A stretch of DNA of 64,000 nt from positions 3,808,001 through 3,872,000 of the forward strand of contig OY762007.1 of NCBI GenBank assembly GCA_963665115.1, written 5' to 3'. The stretch comes from an uncultured Rivularia sp. (GTDB taxonomy: Bacteria; Cyanobacteriota; Cyanobacteriia; Cyanobacteriales; Nostocaceae). Every line of letters starts with the position of its first letter. Position 1 is the first letter of the stretch. Made by a program: the position numbers and the translations under genes. Positions 33,035 through 42,402 of this stretch are shown piece by piece. The notes under the pieces were generated by a model that ran no database searches, was not told the origin of the DNA, and was given only the letters and a program-made list of their open reading frames with translations.

Positions 33035-34453
33035 TCACTCCTCATTTATTTCCGAAAGAATCGATAGACGTACATTCTCGCCATCTTTTAAGGGTTTGTT
33101 ACTCCGTACTACATAAGATTCTCCCGATTTTAAACCCGATACAATTTCTACTTTACCGTCAGTTTTTTCCCCTAAAATTACCCTTCTTGCCCGTACTTTC
33201 TTTGTTTTCTCGTCTTCTACAACAATAAATACCGTACCTTGAATATTTGTATTTAATTGAAATGCAGTTCTTTTAACATCTGCTTCTGTTTGAATTGCTC
33301 TGAATGGTACTATAACTTTCTGTGCGGTTGTATTCTGAAAATTGACTCGCGCTAATAAGCCGCTACCAATTTTGCCGTCAATATTCGGCATTACTACTTC
33401 TACGGGTATTAAACGAGCCGTTGTATTTGCTGCTGGTGAAATGCGTTTTAAAGTACCGATATATTCTTGATTGGGAAAAGCATCTAATAAAATCTTTACA
33501 GATTGTCCTATTTCAAGTTTTCCTAGCTCTAATTCTGAAACTTGAACTTCTATTTTTACTCTACTAAAATCGCCGATTTTTAATATTTCATTACCGGGTT
33601 GTATTAAGTTACCCGGCTCGATTGTCTTTTCTAAAACTACACCTGCAATCGGAGATGTTAATTTCGCGTAGCTCCTACGCTCTTTTGCTTGAGCAACTAC
33701 TGCTTGCTGTGCTACTACTCTTGCTTTTGCTGCAATGACGGCTTGCTGCTCTATTTGCACTTGTTTTTGTGCTGCCTCAACCGCTTTTGCTGCTGCTTGG
33801 GCTGTGGTGCGCGTTTGCTCGGCTATTGCGCGGGCGATCGCACCTTCAGACAACAATTTTTCCTGTCTCTGAGCATCTGCTTCTTCTTGCTGTAATTCTA
33901 ATCGCGCTCTCTCTACTTCTGTTAAAGCGTTACCTACTCGGCTATTAGCTCTTGCTACTTCTGACTTAAGCGCCGCAAGCTCTGCTTGTGTTTGATTTAA
34001 TGAGGTTTTGAGCAAAGTATCATCAATTAATCCAACAACATACCCTTTAGTGACTTTATCGCCTAGATCCACATTCAGCGCTAATAACTGCCCAACAAGG
34101 CGCGATCGCACTGAAATTTTCCGAAATGGCACGGTACTTCCGGTATAAGATAATTTTTCGTTTAACTGCCCTTTTCGAGCAATGGCTGCATCTACAGCAG
34201 CCGCACCTCCCCGACGTTTCGATGTGGCTTGAGCAGTTTCTTTGGGTGCTGAATTACAACTTGTAATCAGTAAACCGCTAACCAAATAAAATCCAAATAA
34301 AATCGAGGTAGAGCGCAATAAATTACTCTTTATTTTGATAAATAGTTGCTTTACAAATGCGTCTTTTTTAAAACATCTTTTTCTCGCCTTTTTTCCTACA
34401 TGGAAATGCTGTTGTTGATTGTACATTTGTTTATAATTTGTAATATGACTCAA
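33035..34453 (-). CDS. second RND membrane fusion protein (paralog of 30941..32296)
   Basis: Colinear similarity to the adjacent MFP (VQVSELEL, DAFPNQ, IGSGLLARVNF, VRLSILSE); start codon uncertain. Confidence 0.9.
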   Translation of the reverse strand: MSHITNYKQMYNQQQHFHVGKKARKRCFKKDAFVKQLFIKIKSNLLRSTSILFGFYLVSGLLITSCNSAPKETAQATSKRRGGAAAVDAAIARKGQLNEKLSYTGSTVPFRKISVRSRLVGQLLALNVDLGDKVTKGYVVGLIDDTLLKTSLNQTQAELAALKSEVARANSRVGNALTEVERARLELQQEEADAQRQEKLLSEGAIARAIAEQTRTTAQAAAKAVEAAQKQVQIEQQAVIAAKARVVAQQAVVAQAKERRSYAKLTSPIAGVVLEKTIEPGNLIQPGNEILKIGDFSRVKIEVQVSELELGKLEIGQSVKILLDAFPNQEYIGTLKRISPAANTTARLIPVEVVMPNIDGKIGSGLLARVNFQNTTAQKVIVPFRAIQTEADVKRTAFQLNTNIQGTVFIVVEDEKTKKVRARRVILGEKTDGKVEIVSGLKSGESYVVRSNKPLKDGENVRLSILSEINEE

Positions 34454-34550
34454 CTTGCATTCCTTGTTCCTAAAAGCTTGTAAAAAACACGGTAGTAGGA
34501 GAAGGGAAAGTTTATCTAATCTAAAAAGCTAACCAAACGCCAATTCAGGA

Positions 34551-34706
34551 TCAAAACAATTCAAAATTACCATTGCCTGAAGTCTGAGGTTTGAAACGGC
34601 GTGTGGAATGTTTCGATAATTTTCTCCTTTTAAGGAGAGGCTTGTATGCTTAATGAAATAATTAAAATAGAATTAATTTTTAATTTTACATTTTTAATTT
34701 TGAATT
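34551..34706. mobile_element. MITE-like repeat with AATTCAAAATT / AATTTTGAA termini
   Basis: Related direct copy at 37563-37744 (TCAAAACAATTCAAAATT, AAGTCTGAGG, AAGGAGAG..TTGTAT). Confidence 0.65.
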
Positions 34707-35073
34707 AAAAAAAATGGTCATCTAATAAATATTTTTAAATAAGTATTAGAAAACACTTGACAATGATTTCTCATCGCTCATGGTCAGTCATTTATTTTAT
34801 ACACTAGGTGTCATTATAAACCGAGCGTTAGAAAGTTAATCTCTGATTCAACCGATAATCTGTCTAAAGATATAAAAATTTTTGTTTTCCGATTTTCTCT
34901 TCTAAACAGCGCTGCATAACTAAGTAGTTGTTAACACTATTCAATCTAAAGACAATTTCGATGCGCTATATTGTATCGAACATACCAGTATTTTACAAAA
35001 TATGTAGTTAACCTTAATATATATTACAAAATCTGGTATTTGCAGGGTATATAGTGTATTCAATCTCAACTTA

Positions 35074-35634
35074 ATGAGGAAACAACCAGTGACATCTCCC
35101 ATCAAACTTTTACAAATAGCTGAAGCTACCTTGATTGCAGAATTTTTTCGAGAATCAGTTGGTAAATGGAATTCGGAAAGACGTTACTACACTTTACCGG
35201 ATGGAAAAACCAAAGAAGTTGCGAGTGTCATTACCATTCGGTTTTTAGAAGCGGGATGCGATGAATTGCAAAAACTCGCACGGATGCACGAATTAGATGA
35301 GTCTACCATCATGACTTGCGGTGCTGAAGTTTCTTGGGAAAGTACCAACGCCGTAACCAAAGCAAAAGAGTCCCCCCAAGGTTTAACATTATTCGGTGCT
35401 TTAGGAAATATATTGTATCGCGATCGCGGTTTTGCAACGTCGAAACCAATCACCGCAGAGTATCATTTCCCTGCTGAGAAAACTTTGTGTTTGCGTACCG
35501 AGTATAACGGCTCGGTGTTTGAGGAAGAACTTAAATTTATTGGTGAAAAATACCGTACCCGTCAATCTGTAATTTCCCGTGCTGGAGAGCAGGTAATGAT
35601 TGGGCAGTATTTAGAAAAGCGGATTGAAGAATAA
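35074..35634 (+). CDS. phycobiliprotein lyase, CpcS/CpeS family
   Basis: FFRESVGKWNSERRYY, LYRDRGFAT, FEEE...RTRQS..; start may be GTG at 35089. Confidence 0.85.
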   Translation: MRKQPVTSPIKLLQIAEATLIAEFFRESVGKWNSERRYYTLPDGKTKEVASVITIRFLEAGCDELQKLARMHELDESTIMTCGAEVSWESTNAVTKAKESPQGLTLFGALGNILYRDRGFATSKPITAEYHFPAEKTLCLRTEYNGSVFEEELKFIGEKYRTRQSVISRAGEQVMIGQYLEKRIEE

Positions 35635-36226
35635 TATGGCAGTTCAAACTTTAGCTTCATTGATAGGTTAAAGTTTGTATTGTTAATTGCTGCTGCTTAA
35701 TTGCCAACGTGGAGAATTTAAACTCAACACTGTTTCTGATATTTTTAATCTATATAGTTTTACAGATATTATTTAATCTAGTAGTACGAATCTTATTAGT
35801 TATTGCTTCGTTTATAGTTGTTTAACGGGTGTCTAAGTGGTATGGATAGTGTTTGTTGATTGGTAGTAGTATTTTTTTACAATTTAATAAAATTAATTTA
35901 ACCTAATAGTGCAACACTATTAGGTTTATTTTTAAATGTATATACAAGCATTAAATATAAAGATTCGTAGTAAGGGCTTTAGCCCCTCCGAATTGCGTTA
36001 TAAAAGGCATTAAATAGTAATTATTCTTCTCATTATCTCCTCAAAAAAAGTACCCATAGGGGTAATAAAATTTTATATAAATGAGTGCCAATAATAGTAA
36101 TCCAATCAAATTATAAGCTGTTATAAAGTTTTATTAAAACTCTGTGATTTTTTAGATAACCAAGCTTGTTATTAGGGAAGTAAATATTAGAACAAACCCT
36201 AATCTTTTTAAATAATTGAAGAGAAA

Positions 36227-36742
36227 ATGATTAACGTTTCGATTAGTGATGAGAATCCTGAAATAAAAAACCTTTTAATTAAATGCTTGCAAACAGCAGG
36301 ATTTGAGGTTGTTAGCAAAAAAAATGGTCTGATTAGCTTTCGGCTGGCACTTAGGGAATTTTCTACTACCACCGAGAAGGAATCCAATATTCCTGGATCT
36401 ATATTTCCATCTATTCCCCGACTGCATGAAGTTTTTGAGTTCATTGAATTGAATTACGATCAAAATATTGGACTAAAACAAGTAGCTCAAGCAGTAGGTT
36501 ATTCTTCAGCTTACTTAACCAACTTAGTGCGAAGACTTACCGGGAAAACTGTCAATAATTGGATTATCGAACGCCGAATAGCGGAAGCAAAGCGCTTGCT
36601 TTTAGAAACCAACGACTCTATTGAACGGATTGCTTTTAATGTAGGCTATCAGAATATGAATCACTTCTACTATCAGTTTCGTAACTACTATAAAAATACT
36701 CCCGGTGCTTGGAGAGAAACACAGCGTTGTTTAGTAGCTTAA
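36227..36742 (+). CDS. AraC family transcriptional regulator with vestigial receiver N-terminus
   Basis: SIFPSIPRLHEVFEFIELNY, VAQAVGYSSAYLT, IAFNVGYQNMNHFYYQF...TPGAWR. Confidence 0.88.
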   Translation: MINVSISDENPEIKNLLIKCLQTAGFEVVSKKNGLISFRLALREFSTTTEKESNIPGSIFPSIPRLHEVFEFIELNYDQNIGLKQVAQAVGYSSAYLTNLVRRLTGKTVNNWIIERRIAEAKRLLLETNDSIERIAFNVGYQNMNHFYYQFRNYYKNTPGAWRETQRCLVA

Positions 36743-37086
36743 AAGTAAATACAAAGCTCAAAGGGTTATAACTAGTGAAATCAATCTTTTATTGCTGGGC
36801 GGCTCTTTTCAAAAAGAGTTTGACTATATTTTAATTCTTGCAGTAGTGATGCTTTAAACAGTAGCTTACTGCTTTTTTTTAATATGTAACATTATAAAAT
36901 CCTATTCGCTATAACTCGATAAAAATCAAAAATATCTACAAATAGTTAACTATATTTTCCTTTAACTCCTACAAATAATTAATAAACAAACTTAGATTTA
37001 CAGGATAAATTGATATTAAGAAATAAGGGAAAGCTTAATACATCAGCTAAACCTTAGTTCTATTCATTTCAATTCTATATTCAAAG

Positions 37087-37548
37087 GTGAAAAAGATGAA
37101 CTTTAAAACAACAAGAACCAAATTACTCAGTACTTTGTTTGGCGGTGCAGCTTTGGCTTCAATGTTCGGAGGAATGATATTTGTAGATAGTGCGGTTGCA
37201 CAAAAACCATCCTCAAGTAGACATGGACGCTGCTATTCCTATACCATCGTAAACAGAACAAATCGTGGCGTTGATTTCAATATTAACAACCGTAAAGCTT
37301 ACTTAGCAGCAAAAGGTACACGTCGTTTGCGCCGTTGTTTCCGACGTAGAGTAAATCATCCATTGGTTAAATTCGACAAAATTATCGGTAGTGGATACAA
37401 ATTAACAAGAGTAAGATTATCACCAGGAAGAAATGGTTTTGATCGTCAGGGAAAAACATTACTCTTGACAACTGGTACTCCTGCTAATAATCCCGTTCCT
37501 AATGCTGTTCCCAACAGACCAGTTCCTAACAAAGCTAATTTAGACTAA
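37087..37548 (+). CDS. hypothetical secreted basic protein
   Basis: Signal-peptide-like N-terminus ending SAVA-Q; Arg-rich body; Pro/Asn tail. Confidence 0.7.
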   Translation: MKKMNFKTTRTKLLSTLFGGAALASMFGGMIFVDSAVAQKPSSSRHGRCYSYTIVNRTNRGVDFNINNRKAYLAAKGTRRLRRCFRRRVNHPLVKFDKIIGSGYKLTRVRLSPGRNGFDRQGKTLLLTTGTPANNPVPNAVPNRPVPNKANLD

Positions 37549-37562
37549 GATATGAAAATAGG

Positions 37563-37744
37563 TCAAAACAATTCAAAATTATCAATTCAAAATTAAAAAA
37601 TACCATCCCCTAAAGTCTGAGGCTTGAAGTAAAGAAGATGTTTTTATCTGTTTATCCTGGAAAGGAGAGATTTGTATCATTAATTAAATAATTACAAATT
37701 CATTCTTCTTGAATTTTTAGTTTTTAATTTTTAATTTTGAAATC
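37563..37744. mobile_element. MITE-like repeat (copy of 34551-34706)
   Basis: Shared sequence blocks and inverted AT-rich termini. Confidence 0.65.
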
Positions 37745-37908
37745 AAAAAATAGTTCTTATTTGTTAAAAACTAGTAATTATACTTACTAGTTTTATTTTT
37801 TATTTATACAGATTTAGTTTGCAAAATCAAAAAAAGGTTGTTAGTATCGAGGTGGCTTTTTCGTGATTATATTTACCAGTGTATTCTACCAGTTGATGTA
37901 ATTTAACA

Positions 37909-40401
37909 TTGGAAAATATGGCAATTATCACAGTTTCTAGCGCGGCAGATAGTGGAAAAGGAACGCTTAGAGAAGCTATTTTACAGGCAAATTCAGGGGA
38001 TACGATTCGCTTCAATTCATCTCTTGCTAACAAAACTATTAAACTGAACGAGCAGCTTGTCGTTGATAAAAGTCTTACTATTGATGGGGCTGATGCATCC
38101 AATTTAACTATCAGCGGTGAGAATAAAACGCGCATTCTACGTGTTAGCTATGACTACTCGGATGTAGTACTGCGAAACCTCACCTTTGCGAATGGTAGAG
38201 CAGTCGATAAAGACTCCAAAAAAATGCGGGGTGGAGCAATTGAACTTGTAGACTCTAATAACTTGGTAGTCGAAAATTCGCGCTTTATCGACAATGTAGG
38301 CGAACGAAGTGGTGCAATTTTTGTTGGCTACGGTGCTAAAGCCAAAGTTATAAACAGTGTTTTTGATGGAAACGACGGTTCGGTTGCTGGTGACGGCTTT
38401 AGTGCAGGTGCAATCTCTACCTATGGAGGTGGAGACAGAGCAACCGTTGTTAATAGCAATGGCGATCGCAATGTTGGTGGAGATGCTTCTCTAGAAATTC
38501 GCGGCTCTACTTTTACAAATAACAAAGGAACCTACGGGGCTGTCTATACCTTATTAACTAATCTCAAAGTTGAGGATTCAATCTTTAAGAATAATGAGGG
38601 TGTTGACGGAAGCGGAGCTATCTTCACCGATGGAGCCAACGGAACCGAGAAACGCGATAATTTCGGGGGAACAACCCTGATTCGCAACGTTGTGGCAGAG
38701 GATAATATCGGCGGTGGAGATTATGGTGGAGCTTTTTTCCTCAGCGGATACTCCAAAGACAAGATTGTGATTGAAAACAGTAAAATCATTAACAATAAAG
38801 CTAGAAGAGGTGGAGGCTTAGCCGTTCAATCTTATCGAGATGAAGAAAATCCTGCTTCGTTAGTAATTCGCGATTCCACAATTGCCGACAATACCTCCAC
38901 ATCACAGGGAGGAGGTTTATGGACGGATGTTAAAGGTGGAGTCACAATTGAAGACTCAACCTTCTCTGGCAACCGCATCGAGAATTCTAAAGGAAGTGGA
39001 ATCGGTGGAGCAATTGTCCTCAATTATAAAAGTCCAGCTAAATCGAAAATTATCAACTCAACGTTTGTTGACAACTATGCTGGAGATCAAGCCGGAAGTA
39101 TCTGGATTGCTGGGAAACAACAGGCAAAAAACCTCACCATCAGCAAGTCTGAGTTTGCAGACAACCGTTCGAGCAATAAAGAATTAGAGAATACAGTTAA
39201 TTACAAAGTAACTAATGGCGGTGGGAACGTCGTTCAAAATATAGACGGTACAGATTCAGGTATTCCTGGAGCGAAGTTGGTTGATGATTTGCAATTAAGT
39301 GTAAATCCAGTTCCTCAAAATGACGATAATCCTGTTCGCAATCCAGTGTCTGAACCGCCTATGGATACAGGAAATCCCCAACCCGAACTTTTACGTTATG
39401 AAGCCGAAGAACTTACCCTAGATGGTTATAAAGTAGAGACTGTAAAAAACTCTGGTGCTTCAGGTGGAAAGCATATCTCTCTGAAAGGGAATACTCAGAA
39501 TAAAGGCTCTGCTACAGGTACATTTGAGGGTGAAACAGGAACTTATCAAGTAAAAGTTGGTTATTTCGACGAAAACGATGGTCAATCTAAAGCTAAAGTT
39601 ACTGTAGGGGAAGAGAGTACAAGCTTTACTTTTGACAAAGATTTACCCGATGGCTGGGCAAAACCTGCTTCAAAAACTAGTCGTATTGCCATAGAGTCAG
39701 TGCAATTAGAGTCTGGAGATACCTTCAAAATCGAAGGAATTAGTAACAAAGGTGAATTTGCTCGCTTCGATTACATTGAATTTTCTCCCAAGCCAACTTC
39801 CGCAGCAACTCCTCAAACTCCTATGGAGGCAGCAGGGAGTAGGGAGCAGGAAGTAGGAGGAGAAGAGGATACAGTTATTAGTGGAATAGTAAATCTGAGT
39901 AAAGTTGATTTTGATGGAGATGGCACAACTGACGAACGGGTTTCGTTGATTTTGGATGATATTAACAGTACAGCATCCTATAGTAATTCAGCAGGTTTTT
40001 ATCAAGTCTTAGACTCAGATGGTACTGTAGTCGATCCAGTTACAAATCAGCAGATTAAACCGGGAGAACAAGGATATGAAACAGCAGCACTTAATCAAAG
40101 TATTCCTGAATTAGAATTTGATAAAAATGATCGTAGTTTAACCGCAGAAGTTGATGGGGGAATATTTTTAGCACCATACTTGATTGCCAACGGTACCGCA
40201 GAAGAATTTATCGACAAAAACCCCACAAATGAAAAGTCTGGAAGCGGATTAAATGCCTACTTTGCTTTTGGAAATGCTAATCCAGATGGAATAGAGCATC
40301 TCAAATCTTCAGATAGCGACTTTGGTTTTGAGGATTTATATGGTGGAGGAGATAAAGATTTTACGGATTTGACTTTCAATTTGAGTGTGGAGAGTGCTTA
40401 A
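37909..40401 (+). CDS. large extracellular protein: beta-helix repeats + carbohydrate-binding-like module + DUF4114-like C-terminus
   Basis: ADSGKGTLREAI start, GGAI/FxxN repeats, RYEAEELTLDGY..FARFDYIEF module, FGFEDLYGGGDKDFTD end. Confidence 0.8.
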   Translation: MENMAIITVSSAADSGKGTLREAILQANSGDTIRFNSSLANKTIKLNEQLVVDKSLTIDGADASNLTISGENKTRILRVSYDYSDVVLRNLTFANGRAVDKDSKKMRGGAIELVDSNNLVVENSRFIDNVGERSGAIFVGYGAKAKVINSVFDGNDGSVAGDGFSAGAISTYGGGDRATVVNSNGDRNVGGDASLEIRGSTFTNNKGTYGAVYTLLTNLKVEDSIFKNNEGVDGSGAIFTDGANGTEKRDNFGGTTLIRNVVAEDNIGGGDYGGAFFLSGYSKDKIVIENSKIINNKARRGGGLAVQSYRDEENPASLVIRDSTIADNTSTSQGGGLWTDVKGGVTIEDSTFSGNRIENSKGSGIGGAIVLNYKSPAKSKIINSTFVDNYAGDQAGSIWIAGKQQAKNLTISKSEFADNRSSNKELENTVNYKVTNGGGNVVQNIDGTDSGIPGAKLVDDLQLSVNPVPQNDDNPVRNPVSEPPMDTGNPQPELLRYEAEELTLDGYKVETVKNSGASGGKHISLKGNTQNKGSATGTFEGETGTYQVKVGYFDENDGQSKAKVTVGEESTSFTFDKDLPDGWAKPASKTSRIAIESVQLESGDTFKIEGISNKGEFARFDYIEFSPKPTSAATPQTPMEAAGSREQEVGGEEDTVISGIVNLSKVDFDGDGTTDERVSLILDDINSTASYSNSAGFYQVLDSDGTVVDPVTNQQIKPGEQGYETAALNQSIPELEFDKNDRSLTAEVDGGIFLAPYLIANGTAEEFIDKNPTNEKSGSGLNAYFAFGNANPDGIEHLKSSDSDFGFEDLYGGGDKDFTDLTFNLSVESA

Positions 40402-40423
40402 TTTTTAGTATTCCATACATCTC

Positions 40424-40454
40424 GATCCCCCCAACCCCCCTTTTTAAGGGGGGC
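40424..40454. repeat. CCCCCC(T)nAAGGGGGG palindromic repeat
   Basis: GATCCCCCCAACCCCCCTTTTTAAGGGGGGC between convergent genes. Confidence 0.7.
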
Positions 40455-40520
40455 TTTTTTTAATTTTGTTTGAAAAAAATAATTGAATATAAAACAAGAT
40501 ATTATATTTAACAAATTCGC

Positions 40521-40706
40521 TTATTTAGCAGTTTGTTCTTGCGAGGCTTTTCTCACCTCATCGACTGTTAAATCTAAAGCTTGTGCTGCTTGTTCCACAG
40601 TCAATCCAGCAGCCAACATTGGTGGTATTGCTAATAGCTTTCCTCTAAGTTCACCTTCTGCGAAAGCTTGCTGATATACTTTTGTTTGCTTCAAATCGCT
40701 ATTCAT
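40521..40706 (-). CDS. stand-alone C-terminal segment of an Rpn family (DUF2887-type PD-(D/E)XK) protein; small gene or remnant
   Basis: SDLKQTKVYQQAFAEGELRGKL.AIP.ML..GLTVEQAAQALDL resembles the Rpn C-terminal tail; no nuclease domain upstream. Confidence 0.65.
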   Translation of the reverse strand: MNSDLKQTKVYQQAFAEGELRGKLLAIPPMLAAGLTVEQAAQALDLTVDEVRKASQEQTAK

Positions 40707-40930
40707 ACAAGTGTCACAAATGTTGGTTTTAATTGATGTTCGCTGGTGGTAACGAGCGAGACGCTCGCACTACAAAAGACGGTAGAATATGCTATCGGTT
40801 TTCACTAATTAAATGATTGAAAAGCAGAGTATTCTCAAATTATCATATTTGGATATTTGATAACTTTCTCTTGCATCGAAGAAATTGATTGGAGTATGTG
40901 TTGCTGGAACAATACCATTTCGCCAGATGG

Positions 40931-41060
40931 TAAGTAGGTGGGTGGGAAAATTTATAACTATGTCATTGCGAGTGGAACGGAGTGAAACGAAGCAATCACA
41001 AGCACTTCAAGAGTTTTACATTCTGTTACATAGTTTTGTTTATTCTAGCCTACCTACTTA
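40931..41060. mobile_element. 130-bp MITE
   Basis: TIR TAAGTAGGT / ACCTACTTA; degenerate copy at 27458. Confidence 0.75.
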
Positions 41061-41106
41061 GAGTAGTTACTGATGAAGATTGAAAATTTGAATTTAAGGT
41101 CAATAA

Positions 41107-41135
41107 GTTGGGTTGAGGAACGAAACCCAACCTAC
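41107..41135. repeat. REP-like palindrome GTTGGGTTGAGGAACGAAACCCAACCTAC
   Basis: Hairpin plus CTAC end overlapping the pcp stop codon. Confidence 0.65.
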
Positions 41136-41776
41136 GAAAAACTATCGGTTTTCTCAAAGGCAGACTTGCAAATTATTAGCGACAGGGCTTCACGAATCAT
41201 ATCTATCGTCATAAATGGTGCTTTTGGGTAGTATTTAATAACTTGTTCTGGCAATACCGGAATATGAACAAAACCAACCTTCATCTTAGAATTATTAACT
41301 TCTCTCCAATAAAGAAAATGATAAAAAACTTGATTACACAAATGAGTTCCACAATCGTTTGAAATTTTAGCTGGAATATTATGGTTTTCTAGTAGGGAAA
41401 CTAAACCTTCTTGGTTTGGTAAAGAATTCCAATAAGCCACAGGAGCATCTTTGATAATTAATGTTCCCTTGGGTGCATTTCCTGCTTTGTCCAAAGTCAC
41501 AAAATATCTTAGATTCTTTGCCATTCTCTCAAGAGTTATTTTGTTATAACCGCGTGCTTGTCCGATACCAATACAAATATCGGGTAATAATGTCTTAAGA
41601 GTTTCATTAACTGTATGTTCGAGAGTATTAGTGTTACCGGGCATAATCTTGAAGTCAATGCAATCGATATATTGACTCAGCTTTGAAGGAGGGCGATCGC
41701 GCAAAGATTTTACTAACAACTCTGACGCATTTAAGCCATCGTCATTCGGCTCAAAGCCAGTTATTAAAACTTTCAT
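41132..41776 (-). CDS. pcp: pyroglutamyl-peptidase I
   Basis: VLITGFEP, ITLER.AKN, GTHLCN (catalytic Cys), GFVHIP. Confidence 0.9.
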   Translation of the reverse strand: MKVLITGFEPNDDGLNASELLVKSLRDRPPSKLSQYIDCIDFKIMPGNTNTLEHTVNETLKTLLPDICIGIGQARGYNKITLERMAKNLRYFVTLDKAGNAPKGTLIIKDAPVAYWNSLPNQEGLVSLLENHNIPAKISNDCGTHLCNQVFYHFLYWREVNNSKMKVGFVHIPVLPEQVIKYYPKAPFMTIDMIREALSLIICKSAFEKTDSFS

Positions 41777-41958
41777 TTAAAAGAATTTTTTTGTTAATAA
41801 TAGTTAGGAAAAGTTGGATTATACCGATAAATAAAGTACGATACACCCTTGAGATCTTGGTTTCGTCTATTGCAAGATTGTGCCAAAACGGAAAAATTGT
41901 ACGCGCTTGGAATTAAAAAGACGAATTTTTTAAACTTTAAACTACTAAGGGCTTTTAA

Positions 41959-42225
41959 ATGACTGCCAAAGTTGAAATTTATACGAGTCAGGCTTGCTCG
42001 TATTGCCGTCAAGCCAAGGCTTTACTAAAGAAAAAAGGTGTTGAGTTTATTGAATATAGCGTTGATGGAGATAAGATAGCACGGGCTGCTATGGCAGAGC
42101 GAGCTAACGGTAGGTATTCCTTACCTCAAATTTTTGTCAACGATCGCCCTTTTGGTGGTTGTGATGATTTGTATGAAATGGACGATTTAGGTAGGCTTGA
42201 AAAATTTCTACAAATAGATTCTTAG
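41959..42225 (+). CDS. grxC: glutaredoxin 3
   Basis: CSYC active site, SLPQIF, GGCDDL. Confidence 0.92.
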   Translation: MTAKVEIYTSQACSYCRQAKALLKKKGVEFIEYSVDGDKIARAAMAERANGRYSLPQIFVNDRPFGGCDDLYEMDDLGRLEKFLQIDS

Positions 42226-42299
42226 CATTAAAATTGTCAATTTAATTCGTTGTTTTTGCACCGTGAAGCCAACCTACAAACTGATAATTTTCCACACAT

Positions 42300-42371
42300 G
42301 ATGGTGCGTTACGGCATATTCAAACGTATAACCTATTAATTGAATAACCTCGTACCGTAACACATCCTACA
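42300..42371. repeat. REPIN-like element (GATGGTGCGTTA...TAACACATCCTACA)
   Basis: Inverted related copy at 46116-46188. Confidence 0.7.
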
Positions 42372-42402
42372 AACAGACGTAGCACTGCTACGTCTCTACA
42401 AG

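Noticed and set aside
41794..42012. 72-aa minus-strand ORF between pcp and grxC
   Set aside because: Overlaps grxC antisense and has no recognisable motif; at most a remnant.
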